Shown piece after piece: positions 10,086 through 20,316 of a DNA stretch of 64,000 nucleotides. The notes beneath the pieces were generated by a model. The model worked only from the letters and a program-made list of their open reading frames with translations. It was not told the DNA's origin and did not search any database. Location: positions 8,486-72,485 of the forward strand of contig JAACWS010000017.1 in the NCBI GenBank assembly GCA_009991955.1, written 5' to 3'. This stretch comes from Spirochaetales bacterium. GTDB taxonomy: Bacteria; Spirochaetota; Spirochaetia; DSM-27196; Salinispiraceae. Positions within the stretch are counted from its first letter, which is position 1; every line of letters starts with the position of its first letter. A program made the position numbers and the translations under genes.

Positions 10086-11120
10086 ATGAAAACGATAAAT
10101 GTAGCAATCTTAGGAGCCACCGGTACTGTAGGTCAGAAGTTTATCACCCTCCTCCAAGGGCACCCGACCTTCAAAATCCACGAACTGGTGGCAAGTCCCC
10201 GTTCGGCAGGCAAGCCCTACGCCGAGGCCGCCGGTTGGAAACAAGACTCACCAATCCCTGAGGCCGTTGCATCCATGACCGTAAAAAGCCTGGATGAAGC
10301 CCTCGAAAGCCCAATTCTGTTCTCAGGACTCGATTCGAGTGTCGCGGGTGAGGCCGAAAGTCGCTTCGCCGGCGCCGGTCACTTCGTCATTTCCAACTCC
10401 AAAAATCACCGGATGGACAAAGATGTGCCTCTGGTAATTCCCGAAATCAACCCCGAACACTTTCAAATTCTCGACACCCAAAAGACCAAGGGAAAAATTA
10501 TTACGAACTCGAACTGTTCTACCATGTTCTTGGCTATGGCTTTGGCACCCATTCATAAAGCCTTTGGTATCGAAGCGGTGCAAGTTACTACCATGCAGGC
10601 AATTTCTGGTGCCGGATATCCTGGGGTACCAAGTATGGAAATCCTGGGAAACGTGGTTCCCTATATAGGGGATGAAGAGGAAAAACTCGAGACCGAGACC
10701 AAAAAAATCCTTGGGACCTACAAAGATGGCAAGATTATCCCGGCGGATTTCCTGGTGAGCGCCCAGTGCAATCGGGTACCGGTATTAGACGGCCACACCG
10801 AGACCGTTTCGATCAAGCTCAAAAAGAAGGCCAGCCCCGACGAAGTTCGCACGGTTCTGGAAAACTTCCGTGGTATGCCCCAAGAGAAAAACCTCCCATT
10901 CGCGCCGGACAAGCCTATTGTTCTCATGGACGCCCCCGATCGGCCCCAGCCTGCCCGGGATATTTGGCTCCAAAAAGGGATGGCTACCATGGTCGGCCGA
11001 ATTCGAGAATGCCCAGTTTTTGACATCAAAATGGTAATTCTTGGACACAACACCGTCCGTGGAGCTGCGGGAGCGGCAATTCTGAACGCCGAGGCCCTTT
11101 GGGAACTGGGATACCTCTAA
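10086..11120 (+). CDS. asd: aspartate-semialdehyde dehydrogenase
   Basis: 344 aa; N-terminal NAD fold ILGATGTVGQ, active-site NCSTM cysteine; AAGGAGG RBS; followed by lysC. Confidence 0.9.
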   Translation: MKTINVAILGATGTVGQKFITLLQGHPTFKIHELVASPRSAGKPYAEAAGWKQDSPIPEAVASMTVKSLDEALESPILFSGLDSSVAGEAESRFAGAGHFVISNSKNHRMDKDVPLVIPEINPEHFQILDTQKTKGKIITNSNCSTMFLAMALAPIHKAFGIEAVQVTTMQAISGAGYPGVPSMEILGNVVPYIGDEEEKLETETKKILGTYKDGKIIPADFLVSAQCNRVPVLDGHTETVSIKLKKKASPDEVRTVLENFRGMPQEKNLPFAPDKPIVLMDAPDRPQPARDIWLQKGMATMVGRIRECPVFDIKMVILGHNTVRGAAGAAILNAEALWELGYL

Positions 11121-11121
11121 C

Positions 11122-12477
11122 ATGATCGTTCTCAAATTTGGTGGCACCAGTGTCGGAGATGCCGAGCTCATGAATCAGGTTCTCGACATTGCTTGGGCCC
11201 AGAAAGACCGGAGCCCAGTTCTTGTTTCCAGTGCCATGGCAAGAACTACCGATACTCTTCTGCGGATTGGGGTTGCGGCCCTCGAGGGTGACGAGGAACA
11301 GGCAAAGAGTGAATTGCAATTCCTGAAAGACCTGCATTACCCGGTTCTTTATGCCCTCACCGCTAGAGCTACCGCCACCATTGCAGATCAAGGTAAGTCA
11401 GGTATCGATGGCTTGTTCGAGCAATTGGCTAGCCTCATGAAGGGCCTCGTCTTGGTCCATGAAGTGAGTCCTCGATCCCAGGATGCATTGGTGAGTTTTG
11501 GCGAGGGGCTCTCTACCCATCTGTTATGGACTGCAGCCCAGGCCCGAGGTATCCCGTCGACCCTCATAGACTCACGAACCTGTGTGGTTACCGACGAGAA
11601 CTTTACTGCTGCTTCCCTCAATAAGGATGAATCCTATCGCCGAATTAAAGAGTTCGTTCATCCCCAAAAAGACCACCTAGTTATTGCCCAAGGCTTTATA
11701 GGATCGACCCTTTCGGGGATTACTACGACCCTCGGCCGGGGTGGATCGGATTACAGTGCGACCATCTTTGGTGCCGCTTTAGATGCAGAAGAGGTACAAA
11801 TCTGGACCGACGTTACCGGTATTATGACTTCGGACCCCCGACTCATTCCCGCAGCCCGGACTATCGAAGAAATATCCTACGAAGAGGCAGCCGAGCTGGC
11901 GTACTTTGGGGCCAAGGTTATTCATCCGTCGACCATCGCTCCAGCAATCGAAAAATCAATTCCGGTTTTTGTAAAAAATACCAAAGAACCTCAGGCCTAC
12001 GGCACCCGCATTCATTCTCGACAACCGGGCACGGGTCCCAAGGGCATCCAGGCAATTACCAGTAAAAAGGGTATCACCATAATTACGGTCAAATCGAGCC
12101 GAATGCTCAACGCCTACGGTTTTTTACAGGCCATTTTTTCGGTTTTTGCCGCTCGAAAAATCCCCGTAGACCTGGTTACCACCAGTGAGGTCTCGGTATC
12201 GCTTACCGTCGAAGATACTCCGGCCCTGGCACCTGCCCTCCAGGATCTACGGGAGTTTAGCCAGGTAGAAATCCAGCCGAACCATTCTATCCTTAGCCTG
12301 GTAGGGGCTGACCTCTGGAAGGAAGGAACCCTGACGTCTAAGGTATTTTCAGCCCTTAAGGGCATTCCTATTCGTATGATTAGCCTGGGAGGATCGGATA
12401 TTAACCTTTCTCTGGCCGTGCCTGCCCAACACTTGGAAGAATCGGTAAAACGTTTACACCGGGAGCTCTTTGAATGA
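11122..12477 (+). CDS. lysC: aspartate kinase (with C-terminal ACT domains)
   Basis: 451 aa; MIVLKFGGTSVGD kinase N-terminus, two ACT-like regions. Confidence 0.9.
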   Translation: MIVLKFGGTSVGDAELMNQVLDIAWAQKDRSPVLVSSAMARTTDTLLRIGVAALEGDEEQAKSELQFLKDLHYPVLYALTARATATIADQGKSGIDGLFEQLASLMKGLVLVHEVSPRSQDALVSFGEGLSTHLLWTAAQARGIPSTLIDSRTCVVTDENFTAASLNKDESYRRIKEFVHPQKDHLVIAQGFIGSTLSGITTTLGRGGSDYSATIFGAALDAEEVQIWTDVTGIMTSDPRLIPAARTIEEISYEEAAELAYFGAKVIHPSTIAPAIEKSIPVFVKNTKEPQAYGTRIHSRQPGTGPKGIQAITSKKGITIITVKSSRMLNAYGFLQAIFSVFAARKIPVDLVTTSEVSVSLTVEDTPALAPALQDLREFSQVEIQPNHSILSLVGADLWKEGTLTSKVFSALKGIPIRMISLGGSDINLSLAVPAQHLEESVKRLHRELFE

Positions 12478-12857
12478 AAGACATTCTCGATAACCTCGGA
12501 CGAACAATCCGCTCCATTTTTGAAGAAGACCGACCCTCGTGGGACCCGGACTTCAAGGACGCGTGGCAGGAACTCAATTCGTTTTTAGAAGGCGAGGATA
12601 TTTCGGCCAAGAAACCACCCCGAACACCTGGGCCTCAGTCCCCAAGCTCCACCTTAATAAAAGACTATAGGAACTTGGAGCTCGAAGCCGGGGCGAGTCT
12701 CACCGAGGTCAAAAAGGCCTATAAGCGTCTTTTATCCCTCTATCACCCCGATCGCCATGCCGATGACCCAGAGAAACAGCGCCTGGCAACCGAAATTACC
12801 AGCCGGCTTAATGGTAGCTATCAACGAATCGTCGACCATCTCGCAGATCATCCGTGA
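12474..12857 (+). CDS. small J-domain (DnaJ-like) protein, J domain at the C-terminal end
   Basis: 127 aa; KDYRNLELEAGASLTEVKKAYKRLLSLYHPDRH contains the HPD motif; ATGA overlap with the lysC stop. Confidence 0.6.
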   Translation: MKDILDNLGRTIRSIFEEDRPSWDPDFKDAWQELNSFLEGEDISAKKPPRTPGPQSPSSTLIKDYRNLELEAGASLTEVKKAYKRLLSLYHPDRHADDPEKQRLATEITSRLNGSYQRIVDHLADHP

Positions 12858-13045
12858 GTATCGAAGAAAGGTAGTGCTTGGGATCGGATTTTGAACGGCG
12901 CAAAGGATGTGCCGGACTACGCGGCCCTGGCATTTGCCCTCCTTAGCCCAATAAATTGCAATGGACAGCAGTTTCCAAGTCGATATTGTCGAGTACGAAC
13001 GGGAGCCGGCTCATGTTCAGTAGTCAATCGTTGAGACTTGCGAAT

Positions 13046-13327
13046 TCAAGGCCGCACCAAATCCCCATCCCAGGCGGTAATTGCCCCCAGGTCATACACC
13101 CGGGTATACCCCAGGGCTGTCAAACTTCGAGCCGCCTGGGCGCTCCTGTTTCCCGACCGGCAGTACACCAGCACCGGAGTATCCAACGCAGGAATGGCCT
13201 GCCCCGCAGTCCGGGTGTTGATCGACGTATTGGGCAGCAACAGGCCCCGGGCCTGGGTTATATCCACCCGCCCACCGGTGGCGGGATAGCCCCCTGCACT
13301 TTGAGCGAACAACACAATCGGAAGCAC
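13046..13327 (-). CDS. rhodanese-like single-domain sulfurtransferase
   Basis: active-site loop VLVYCRSGNRSAQAAR; GTG start; apparent signal-like N-terminus. Confidence 0.65.
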   Translation of the reverse strand: MLPIVLFAQSAGGYPATGGRVDITQARGLLLPNTSINTRTAGQAIPALDTPVLVYCRSGNRSAQAARSLTALGYTRVYDLGAITAWDGDLVRP

Positions 13328-13391
13328 GAAAAAAATCAGCCCGACAAAAAGACAAACCTCAACCTATAGGAGACCACCACGCCTTGCTCCT

Positions 13392-14741
13392 CTATTCTTC
13401 TAACCCGTACTCGGCAATTTTCCGGTGTAGGGTCTTTCGACCGATGCCCAATACATCGGCAGCCTTACTCTTATTGCCCTTCTCTGCGGCCAAAGTAGCA
13501 CGAATCAGTTCTTTTTCCGCATCGTTCATAGTAATACCAATGGGCAGCTTCACAAAATCCTCATCCCCTTCTTGGGAAATGTGGGAGGGCAAATCGTCGG
13601 GGGTAATAATATCCGACTTTGCCAGAACGACCGCACTTTCCAGGGTGTTTCTCAGTTCCCGAATATTTCCCGGCCAGTTGTAACGCAGAAGGGCCGCCCG
13701 GGCCTTGGTATCCAGACCGTTTATCCTTTTGCCGTTCTCCTCGGAAAACTCCTTGAGGAACGCTGCAATGAGAAGTGGAATATCTTCCTTGCGCTCCCGA
13801 AGAGGAGGAATAAACAAGTTCACCACATTCAGACGATAATAGAGGTCTTCCCGAAACCTCCCTTCCTCGATCTCCTTCTTCAAATCTCGGTTGGTAGCCG
13901 CAATAATTCGAACATCGACCTCGACGGTATCCTCGCCCCCTACCCGTTCGAACTTTTTTTCTTGGAGGACTCGCAAAATTTTGATTTGGACCGCTTGGTT
14001 GATTTCGCCAATTTCGTCCAGAAACAGACTCCCGAGGTGAGCCAATTCAAATCGACCCCGTTTACGGTTAACTGCTCCAGTAAAGGCCCCTTTTTCATGG
14101 CCAAAGAGTTCACTCTCCAGGAGGGTTTCGCTCAGGGCCGCGCAGTGCACCTTTACAAAGGCCTTGGGCGCCCGGGGAGACAGCTGATGAATCGCATCGG
14201 CAATGAGTTCTTTTCCAACCCCACTCTCGCCAGTAATAAGAACCGAGGCCTTGGTAGGTCCAACCTGCTTGAGCACGTCGAAAATCTTCTGCATTATCGG
14301 ACTCTTTCCGATAATTTTGTTCAGTTGTTTCCGATTTTCGAGTTCTTCTTGGAGCGCCCGGTGTTGCAATACCAACTCGCGGGTCGATAGGGCCCGTTTC
14401 ACCAGAAGGCTTAGGCGGTCAAGGTTCAGGGGTTTGGTCAAAAAGTCGAATGCACCGTCGCGCATCGCTTGAACGGCAGTTTCAATCGTGCCGTGGCCGG
14501 TGAGGACAATAACCGAGACCGTTGGCCAGTGCTGGACCACTTCCTTTAATAACTGTTCACCAGATAGTCGGGGCATTTTTAGGTCCGTAATGACCAGGTC
14601 TATTTCTTCCTGGGCCATGAGTTCCAGGGCCCTTTGGCCGTCCTCGGCACCGTAGACGTTGTACCCATCCATCTCGAGGTTCTTTGCTAAACCCTCGCGA
14701 ATATTCTTCTCGTCTTCGGCAATGAGTATGTTAAATTTCAT
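13392..14741 (-). CDS. sigma-54-dependent Fis-family response regulator (NtrC-like)
   Basis: 449 aa; receiver domain (…[10 protein letters not shown]…), AAA+ sigma-54 activator ([14 protein letters not shown]), C-terminal HTH. Confidence 0.9.
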   Translation of the reverse strand: MKFNILIAEDEKNIREGLAKNLEMDGYNVYGAEDGQRALELMAQEEIDLVITDLKMPRLSGEQLLKEVVQHWPTVSVIVLTGHGTIETAVQAMRDGAFDFLTKPLNLDRLSLLVKRALSTRELVLQHRALQEELENRKQLNKIIGKSPIMQKIFDVLKQVGPTKASVLITGESGVGKELIADAIHQLSPRAPKAFVKVHCAALSETLLESELFGHEKGAFTGAVNRKRGRFELAHLGSLFLDEIGEINQAVQIKILRVLQEKKFERVGGEDTVEVDVRIIAATNRDLKKEIEEGRFREDLYYRLNVVNLFIPPLRERKEDIPLLIAAFLKEFSEENGKRINGLDTKARAALLRYNWPGNIRELRNTLESAVVLAKSDIITPDDLPSHISQEGDEDFVKLPIGITMNDAEKELIRATLAAEKGNKSKAADVLGIGRKTLHRKIAEYGLEE

Positions 14742-15924
14742 CGGAAATCTCCCATTCGGTCTTCGACTCTTCTCCCAGGAGCTTTTGTACTTTCTGGGGA
14801 ATTGGGAAGGTCAGGGTAAAGGTAGTTCCCCGACCCTCTTGGCTTACTACCGAAATATCTCCACCGTGCTCTTTAATAATTTTATAGACCAAGGTAAGCC
14901 CGATTCCTGAGCCAAAGTCTTTGGTTGTAAAATAGGGTTCAAAAATCTTGCCCATTACTTCGGTACTCATACCTTCACCGTCATCGATTATGCGAAAAAC
15001 TACCTCGTCGCCCTTCTTCCGGGTACTCAAGACCAGGGTACCACCCTTGGGCATAGCGTTCATCGAGTTCTTGACCATATTAAGAATAGCCTGCTTCATG
15101 AATTTTTCATCGATCATAATTCGTGGCAGTTTCTCTTCCAGGTCGGGAACAACCTTTACCTTGGCTTGTTCTAACTCATATTGCATGAACTCCAAAAGTT
15201 CCCGAATAAGGCAGTTGAGGCAACTTTCATAGGGGCGAATATCCATCGGACGAACGGCAAAGAGAAAATCGACCACAATTTTATTCAGACGGTCCACCTC
15301 TTCGTTCATAACCTCCAGAAGGGGCGAAATTTCGTCCCCGGTAACCGAGCGCTTCTTTGCCAACATCTTCTGAATCAACTGAATATGAATTCCAATCGAT
15401 CCCAGGGGATTTTTGATTTCGTGGGCAACCCCGGCGGTAAGGGTCGTAAGGCTTGCCAGGCTCTCGGCCCTGCGCAGTCGGGCTTCACGCCATCGTTTTT
15501 CAGAAATATCTTGTAGATGAAGAATATTCCCTTGGACCTTTCCTGCCTGCACCAAGGGATGAACACTTATACTCAAAATACGGGTATTACCCCCATGGCC
15601 TGGGAGGGAAAACTCCCGATCTTCGATGGTTTCTTGGTTTACCAGGCACCCCTGTACGAACTGGGATATATCCAGATCTTCGATAACCTCCCACAGGAGT
15701 CGGTCGTACACATCCCCGGTGGTCAGGGGAATTAATCGTTCGGCTGCCTTATTGCAGAGAATTACCCGGTTTTCTGTATCTGCGGCCAGCACCCCATCGG
15801 TCATACTGTCCAGCACTACTTCGAGGTTTTCGTTTTCCTGAGCCAAATCTAAAATGAGGGCCTGGACCTGGGGAAAGTCCAACTTAGAAAGTTTGGGAAG
15901 AGCTCGCTGTATAAATTTTCGCAT
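14731..15924 (-). CDS. cytoplasmic PAS-domain sensor histidine kinase
   Basis: 397 aa; PAS, HisKA H-box (AHEIKNPLGSI), HATPase_c (GxGxG); no TM segment; overlaps downstream response regulator by 11 nt. Confidence 0.85.
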   Translation of the reverse strand: MRKFIQRALPKLSKLDFPQVQALILDLAQENENLEVVLDSMTDGVLAADTENRVILCNKAAERLIPLTTGDVYDRLLWEVIEDLDISQFVQGCLVNQETIEDREFSLPGHGGNTRILSISVHPLVQAGKVQGNILHLQDISEKRWREARLRRAESLASLTTLTAGVAHEIKNPLGSIGIHIQLIQKMLAKKRSVTGDEISPLLEVMNEEVDRLNKIVVDFLFAVRPMDIRPYESCLNCLIRELLEFMQYELEQAKVKVVPDLEEKLPRIMIDEKFMKQAILNMVKNSMNAMPKGGTLVLSTRKKGDEVVFRIIDDGEGMSTEVMGKIFEPYFTTKDFGSGIGLTLVYKIIKEHGGDISVVSQEGRGTTFTLTFPIPQKVQKLLGEESKTEWEISDEI

Positions 15925-15927
15925 GAA

Positions 15928-17145
15928 CTAAAAATCCGTCCCGGCAAAGAAGATTTGGTCGACTACCGTAGCCCCGGGTATATTATACTGCTCGAACCGT
16001 TGGTATTGGACATCAATTTCTCGAAGAATAGCGCTCACTCGAACCGCGTCTTTTGCCTCTTCTATTCCTCCATCCCCAAGGCTCAGATGATCCCGGAGTC
16101 CCTGTTCCACGACACCTAAAAACCGCCGAAGGTTTTCCCGTCTCGAACCAGGGCTAAGACTATCCAGCCAAGTTCCTACCTCGGTCGACATGGCAAATTT
16201 TCCTTGGGGCGAAAGAAGTCCCTCCAAAAAAGTTTCGGCGCGAGAACGAGATTCTCCAGCTCGATCGGGGCCAAATTTTTCGAAGGCCTCGGCGAGGGTT
16301 CCCCCATCCCCATCTTGGACTGGTAAACGAAAGATACGCTGAAGAACTTCCCTTTCTCGCTCTGGGTTTCGCTGGGGGCAAAGGTAAAGTCGAAGACGAC
16401 TACGTAGGGTCGGAATGATACCGGTTAGCCGGGACGTTACCAAAATAAAATGGGTATCCTTCGGCGGTTCTTCCAAAATCTTCAATAAACTATTTCGGGC
16501 CGACTCGTTTAATCGATCGGCGTCCTCCAAAATAATAACCTTTTTTGCCGAAGCGCTGGTCATGTGGGCCCAGTAGCTGGCTTTGCGAATCATATTTACC
16601 GTGTACCCGTCGCTGGGCAGCACCGCGACCAATTTCTCGGCTAGGGCGTTCACTTTATTCAGGCGATTCGTAAGCTCTCGAGTTTTTAGGGGACTCTCAG
16701 GGGCCAAGGTAGATAGTTCTTCATCGAGAGATTCGAGGAGGGGTCCGGCCTTAGCAATTTTTTGTTCGTCACCATCCCAGAGGATAGGTTCGAACCGACT
16801 GGTAAGTTTTCGAACTCCCCTTAGGTACAAGTACCGCCCCGCCTCTCGATCCTCAACCTCAAGAGACCTGGCCGATAGAGAAATTTCGTCCAAAAAATAG
16901 CGAGGTCCTAATAACAGGGTATAGGGGCTCATGAGTAGGCGATGCTGATTACAACTGGTGCAGGTACAACCCCAGGGAGCATTGGGCTGCTGACAATTCA
17001 GTATTCGGCCGAGCTCCAGGGCAATCGTCATTTTTCCGCTATAACGAGGGCCGTAGAGTAAGAGTGCCCTGGGAAGGGTTCCGGAAGAAAGTTCTTCCCT
17101 GAGAGAACTGACGAGTTGGTCTTGGCCTAAGACGTTCTGGAACAC
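15928..17145 (-). CDS. holB: DNA polymerase III delta-prime subunit-like clamp-loader ATPase
   Basis: 405 aa; LLYGPRYSGKMT P-loop-like motif, Zn module CQQPNAPWGCTCTSCNQ typical of delta-prime. Confidence 0.7.
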   Translation of the reverse strand: MFQNVLGQDQLVSSLREELSSGTLPRALLLYGPRYSGKMTIALELGRILNCQQPNAPWGCTCTSCNQHRLLMSPYTLLLGPRYFLDEISLSARSLEVEDREAGRYLYLRGVRKLTSRFEPILWDGDEQKIAKAGPLLESLDEELSTLAPESPLKTRELTNRLNKVNALAEKLVAVLPSDGYTVNMIRKASYWAHMTSASAKKVIILEDADRLNESARNSLLKILEEPPKDTHFILVTSRLTGIIPTLRSRLRLYLCPQRNPEREREVLQRIFRLPVQDGDGGTLAEAFEKFGPDRAGESRSRAETFLEGLLSPQGKFAMSTEVGTWLDSLSPGSRRENLRRFLGVVEQGLRDHLSLGDGGIEEAKDAVRVSAILREIDVQYQRFEQYNIPGATVVDQIFFAGTDF

Positions 17146-17148
17146 TCC

Positions 17149-17628
17149 TTATCCCCCAAGAACCTGAATCGCGTAGGGGAAAAAGGGAGAAAGAAAACGA
17201 TAGGAGTAACTGGTACCTAAGAGGGCCTCGAGATCAAAGAAGGGCTGAACCTGAAGTCCAAAGAGAACAACGAAGACTATCAAAATCCCCTCGACTAATC
17301 CCAGAAAAAATCCTAAAGCCTTGTCGAGATTCTCGAGGTTAATTTTTTCGATGAGCGAATTGAGCCCTGCCTCGAAGAGTTTTACTACCAGGTAGACGAG
17401 GACAAAGATTCCCAAGAAGGCAATGACTTGATTCCAAACCGTGTCACCCATGTAAGGCACTAGAAGTTGGGATACAACACCGCTAAAGAGGAAGGCCAAG
17501 AGTACACCGAGAAAGATGGAGGAGACGGCCATAATTTCTTTCACAAATCCCCGGAATACTGCCCGGATAACAGCAATAAGAATGATAATGAGAAACACAA
17601 TATCAAGAGCCGGAATTTCTAGATTCAT
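17149..17628 (-). CDS. cvpA: CvpA-family (colicin V production) membrane protein
   Basis: 159 aa; four TM helices, characteristic N-terminal DIVFLIIILIAVIRAVFRGFVKE. Confidence 0.7.
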   Translation of the reverse strand: MNLEIPALDIVFLIIILIAVIRAVFRGFVKEIMAVSSIFLGVLLAFLFSGVVSQLLVPYMGDTVWNQVIAFLGIFVLVYLVVKLFEAGLNSLIEKINLENLDKALGFFLGLVEGILIVFVVLFGLQVQPFFDLEALLGTSYSYRFLSPFFPYAIQVLGG

Positions 17629-18728
17629 CGACGAATCTCCTTTCGAATAATCGATGCTATACCCTCAGAGGGATCAAGGGGTAGCCTAGTATACCTTTGA
17701 CGAAGGGATTGGCGAAAGTCCGATTTTAGAAATTCCTCAACCATCGTACGAAACTCATCGACCCCAGGATCAAGTAAAACTTTTACTGCACCAAGTTTTT
17801 CAAAGTAGCGGGCATTTCTCACCTGGTCTCCCCGGCTCCCGGCGGTTAAGGGAATGAGGAGACTGGGAATCTTCCAGGCGGCGAGCTCCCACAGGGTACC
17901 CGCCCCTGCTCTGGCCAGGGCAAAGTCCGCGGCGGCCAGGAGGGACGGCAACTCGGGTCCCAAGAATGCTCGGGGATAGTAGAACCCCTCTTCGGGCTCA
18001 GGGGCCTGCCATTGGGTACCGTGCTGATGGACCACAACCGCCCGACCTCGCAGACTATTAAGCACCGATACGACCAGGTCGTTTAGTTGCACTGCCCCGA
18101 GGCTCCCACCCAGAACCAAAATCAGTGGTCGAACGCTAGGGGTTTTTAGCCCGGAAAAGAAGGCTTCTACGTCTTCGGGCCGACCGGCCAAAATCTGAGA
18201 GCGAATAGGGTTTCCTGTGACAACTGTTTTATTTCGATGCCGAGGGGAAAGAGATTCGAGGGTTTCTTGATAGGCTACAAATACTTTGGAAGAAAAACCA
18301 AGGTTCAACTTCGTCGCCAGTCCGGGATCAAAATCCGACTCGTGGGAGAATACCTTAATACCCAAAAGCCCGGCCGCCCACACGGGAGGGACGGTAACAA
18401 ATCCCCCTTTCGAAAACAGACCCAAGGGTTTGACCTTCATAAATATGTTCAGACAAACGACGAAGGCTCCCAGGATACGAAAGAGATCGGTTAGGTTTTG
18501 AAAACTCAGGTACCTTCGAAGTTTGCCCGCAGGTATGGGTCGAAACTCGAGGTTTGGTATTCCACTGTTCTCCACCAGGTCTCGCTCTATGCCCTTTTCC
18601 GACCCAAGCCAGATAATGTCTAGGTCTGGTTCGTTTGCAAGCTTCTCGGCAACCGCGAGGCCAGGAAATACGTGTCCCCCAGTGCCTCCGCCGGTAAATA
18701 CTAAATACTTCATGGGCATCCTTCGCAA
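17625..18728 (-). CDS. murG: undecaprenyldiphospho-muramoylpentapeptide beta-N-acetylglucosaminyltransferase
   Basis: 367 aa; GGTGGHVFPGLAVA N-terminal motif, GT28 fold. Confidence 0.9.
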   Translation of the reverse strand: MRRMPMKYLVFTGGGTGGHVFPGLAVAEKLANEPDLDIIWLGSEKGIERDLVENSGIPNLEFRPIPAGKLRRYLSFQNLTDLFRILGAFVVCLNIFMKVKPLGLFSKGGFVTVPPVWAAGLLGIKVFSHESDFDPGLATKLNLGFSSKVFVAYQETLESLSPRHRNKTVVTGNPIRSQILAGRPEDVEAFFSGLKTPSVRPLILVLGGSLGAVQLNDLVVSVLNSLRGRAVVVHQHGTQWQAPEPEEGFYYPRAFLGPELPSLLAAADFALARAGAGTLWELAAWKIPSLLIPLTAGSRGDQVRNARYFEKLGAVKVLLDPGVDEFRTMVEEFLKSDFRQSLRQRYTRLPLDPSEGIASIIRKEIRR

Positions 18729-18739
18729 ATCGATTCGTT

Positions 18740-19612
18740 TTGGGTTATGCTCTCATCATGACACAAAAAGCCCTTTTTGGAATGCTCTTTCTCGCTTTTG
18801 CTGCCTTGGGCCTGCTTGCCCAGGCCCATCCTGGTCTACCTTCAGTGCCCCCGATTACCCTGGCTCAGGTCCATTCTCAGTTTCCTACAATCAATCTTAG
18901 TGCGGAAGAAGCGCAAAACCTTGCCGACTACGGGGCGATTGTTCGGTTCGACGAGGGGCGCTCTGGAGGAAACCTGAATCCAGTGCCTTCATTAGTTGCC
19001 GAAATGAGTCGGGTCCGGGGCGAAATTCGTCCGACAGTCGGTATCGAAACCCTTATGATCCAGGCCCTACCCCCAGCCCTAGCAAGCCTAAGCCCAGAAG
19101 AACAGGCCCTCGCGGTGTACCAAATTCTTCATAGCTTTCAAACCATGGAAGGTATAGAGTACTGGTCTACCAGTCGAAATAGGTTCCGTCTCTTTTACGA
19201 AATTTCCTACTCCTACGATCCCGCATTTCCCGACACTCCCCTACCCGATCCCCGGCCAACCACCCTTATGGATACCAAGACCCTATGGGTACGTCAACAA
19301 GATACCAGTTTCGGCGATAATCGCTATAAGGTAACGATGAGTGCCCTCCCCTCCGACTCTCCGGATCTAAGGGATTTTCACCTCCACATGGAAAACCTTA
19401 CAAGCCTGAAGTCAGGTATTCTTTCTCTGGCAAAACCCGGGGAAGTCCACATCGACATCGTTGTCCGAATCAAGGATGGCTTCGTTCAGTTCTACGGAAC
19501 CACCAACCTTCGGGTTCCCAGGGTTTTTGGACTGGCAAATAGGGCAAGAGATAGCTTTTATACCCGTATACTCGCCTTATATTCTTGGTTTTCACATCGA
19601 ATTCTAACATAG
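18740..19612 (+). CDS. hypothetical secreted protein (signal peptide)
   Basis: 290 aa; N-terminal hydrophobic signal (LFGMLFLAFAALGLLAQA); no recognisable domain. Confidence 0.5.
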   Translation: MGYALIMTQKALFGMLFLAFAALGLLAQAHPGLPSVPPITLAQVHSQFPTINLSAEEAQNLADYGAIVRFDEGRSGGNLNPVPSLVAEMSRVRGEIRPTVGIETLMIQALPPALASLSPEEQALAVYQILHSFQTMEGIEYWSTSRNRFRLFYEISYSYDPAFPDTPLPDPRPTTLMDTKTLWVRQQDTSFGDNRYKVTMSALPSDSPDLRDFHLHMENLTSLKSGILSLAKPGEVHIDIVVRIKDGFVQFYGTTNLRVPRVFGLANRARDSFYTRILALYSWFSHRILT

Positions 19613-20316
19613 ATGGGGTAGCCTCCGACGAGGAAGTAGAAGTGGACCGAAAAGAGCACATGACCTTAGTATATCAACAAGTACTACGTATGGGGACCTA
19701 TGTCGAGGAAGCTCTCGGGAAGGCCCTCCACGCTATGCTCAATCAAAATCTTCTTATTGCCCAAGAAATCATCCTCAATGATCGATACATCGACGAGTCT
19801 CGTTTGGCCATCGAGGATAGTTGTACAAAGATCATTGCGACCAAACAGCCGGTCTCCAGCCAATTACGAGAACTTATCACCCTAATGCAAGTTTCTTCCG
19901 ATCTTGAGCGTATCGGTGACCACGCCCGTCACATGGCAAAGGTCATTTCGACCGTTCGTGAACCCCTTCTCGAGCGGGTTATTCCAGATTTTGAACGAAT
20001 GGCCCGGATAGGCATTCGAATGGTAAATCGCTCCCTCCATGCTCTGGTGAATCAAGACTCCGAGGAAGCCCGAGCTATAGCGGCGGAAGACCGCAAACTG
20101 AACGAACTCCATCGAGAGCTCTCGGTCCTCATCATTGGAATAATGAAAGAATCCCCAACCTACATAGAAGACGGAACTCAGCTCATGCTTGTAAACCGTT
20201 TTCTCGAGCGACTTGGGGATCACGTCACCCATATTTGCGAGGGTATCGTGTATGCAAAACAGGGAGCCCACGTGTCTCTCCACCTGGGTACCTCTGAAAA
20301 CCGCTATGCCCGTTAG
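19585..20316 (+). CDS. phoU: phosphate-signalling complex protein PhoU (two PhoU repeats)
   Basis: E(R)IGDHARHMAK and ERLGDHVTHICE PhoU motifs; true start probably GTG 19642 or ATG 19660. Confidence 0.85.
   Translation: MVFTSNSNIDGVASDEEVEVDRKEHMTLVYQQVLRMGTYVEEALGKALHAMLNQNLLIAQEIILNDRYIDESRLAIEDSCTKIIATKQPVSSQLRELITLMQVSSDLERIGDHARHMAKVISTVREPLLERVIPDFERMARIGIRMVNRSLHALVNQDSEEARAIAAEDRKLNELHRELSVLIIGIMKESPTYIEDGTQLMLVNRFLERLGDHVTHICEGIVYAKQGAHVSLHLGTSENRYAR

Noticed and set aside
12956-13369. 137-aa Pro/Gly-rich + strand ORF
   Set aside because: It overlaps the rhodanese gene on the opposite strand, which carries a clear CRSGNRS active-site loop. The + ORF is low-complexity.
13572-14390. 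272-aa + strand ORF
   Set aside because: It is antisense to the well-supported sigma-54 response-regulator gene and has no domain signature.
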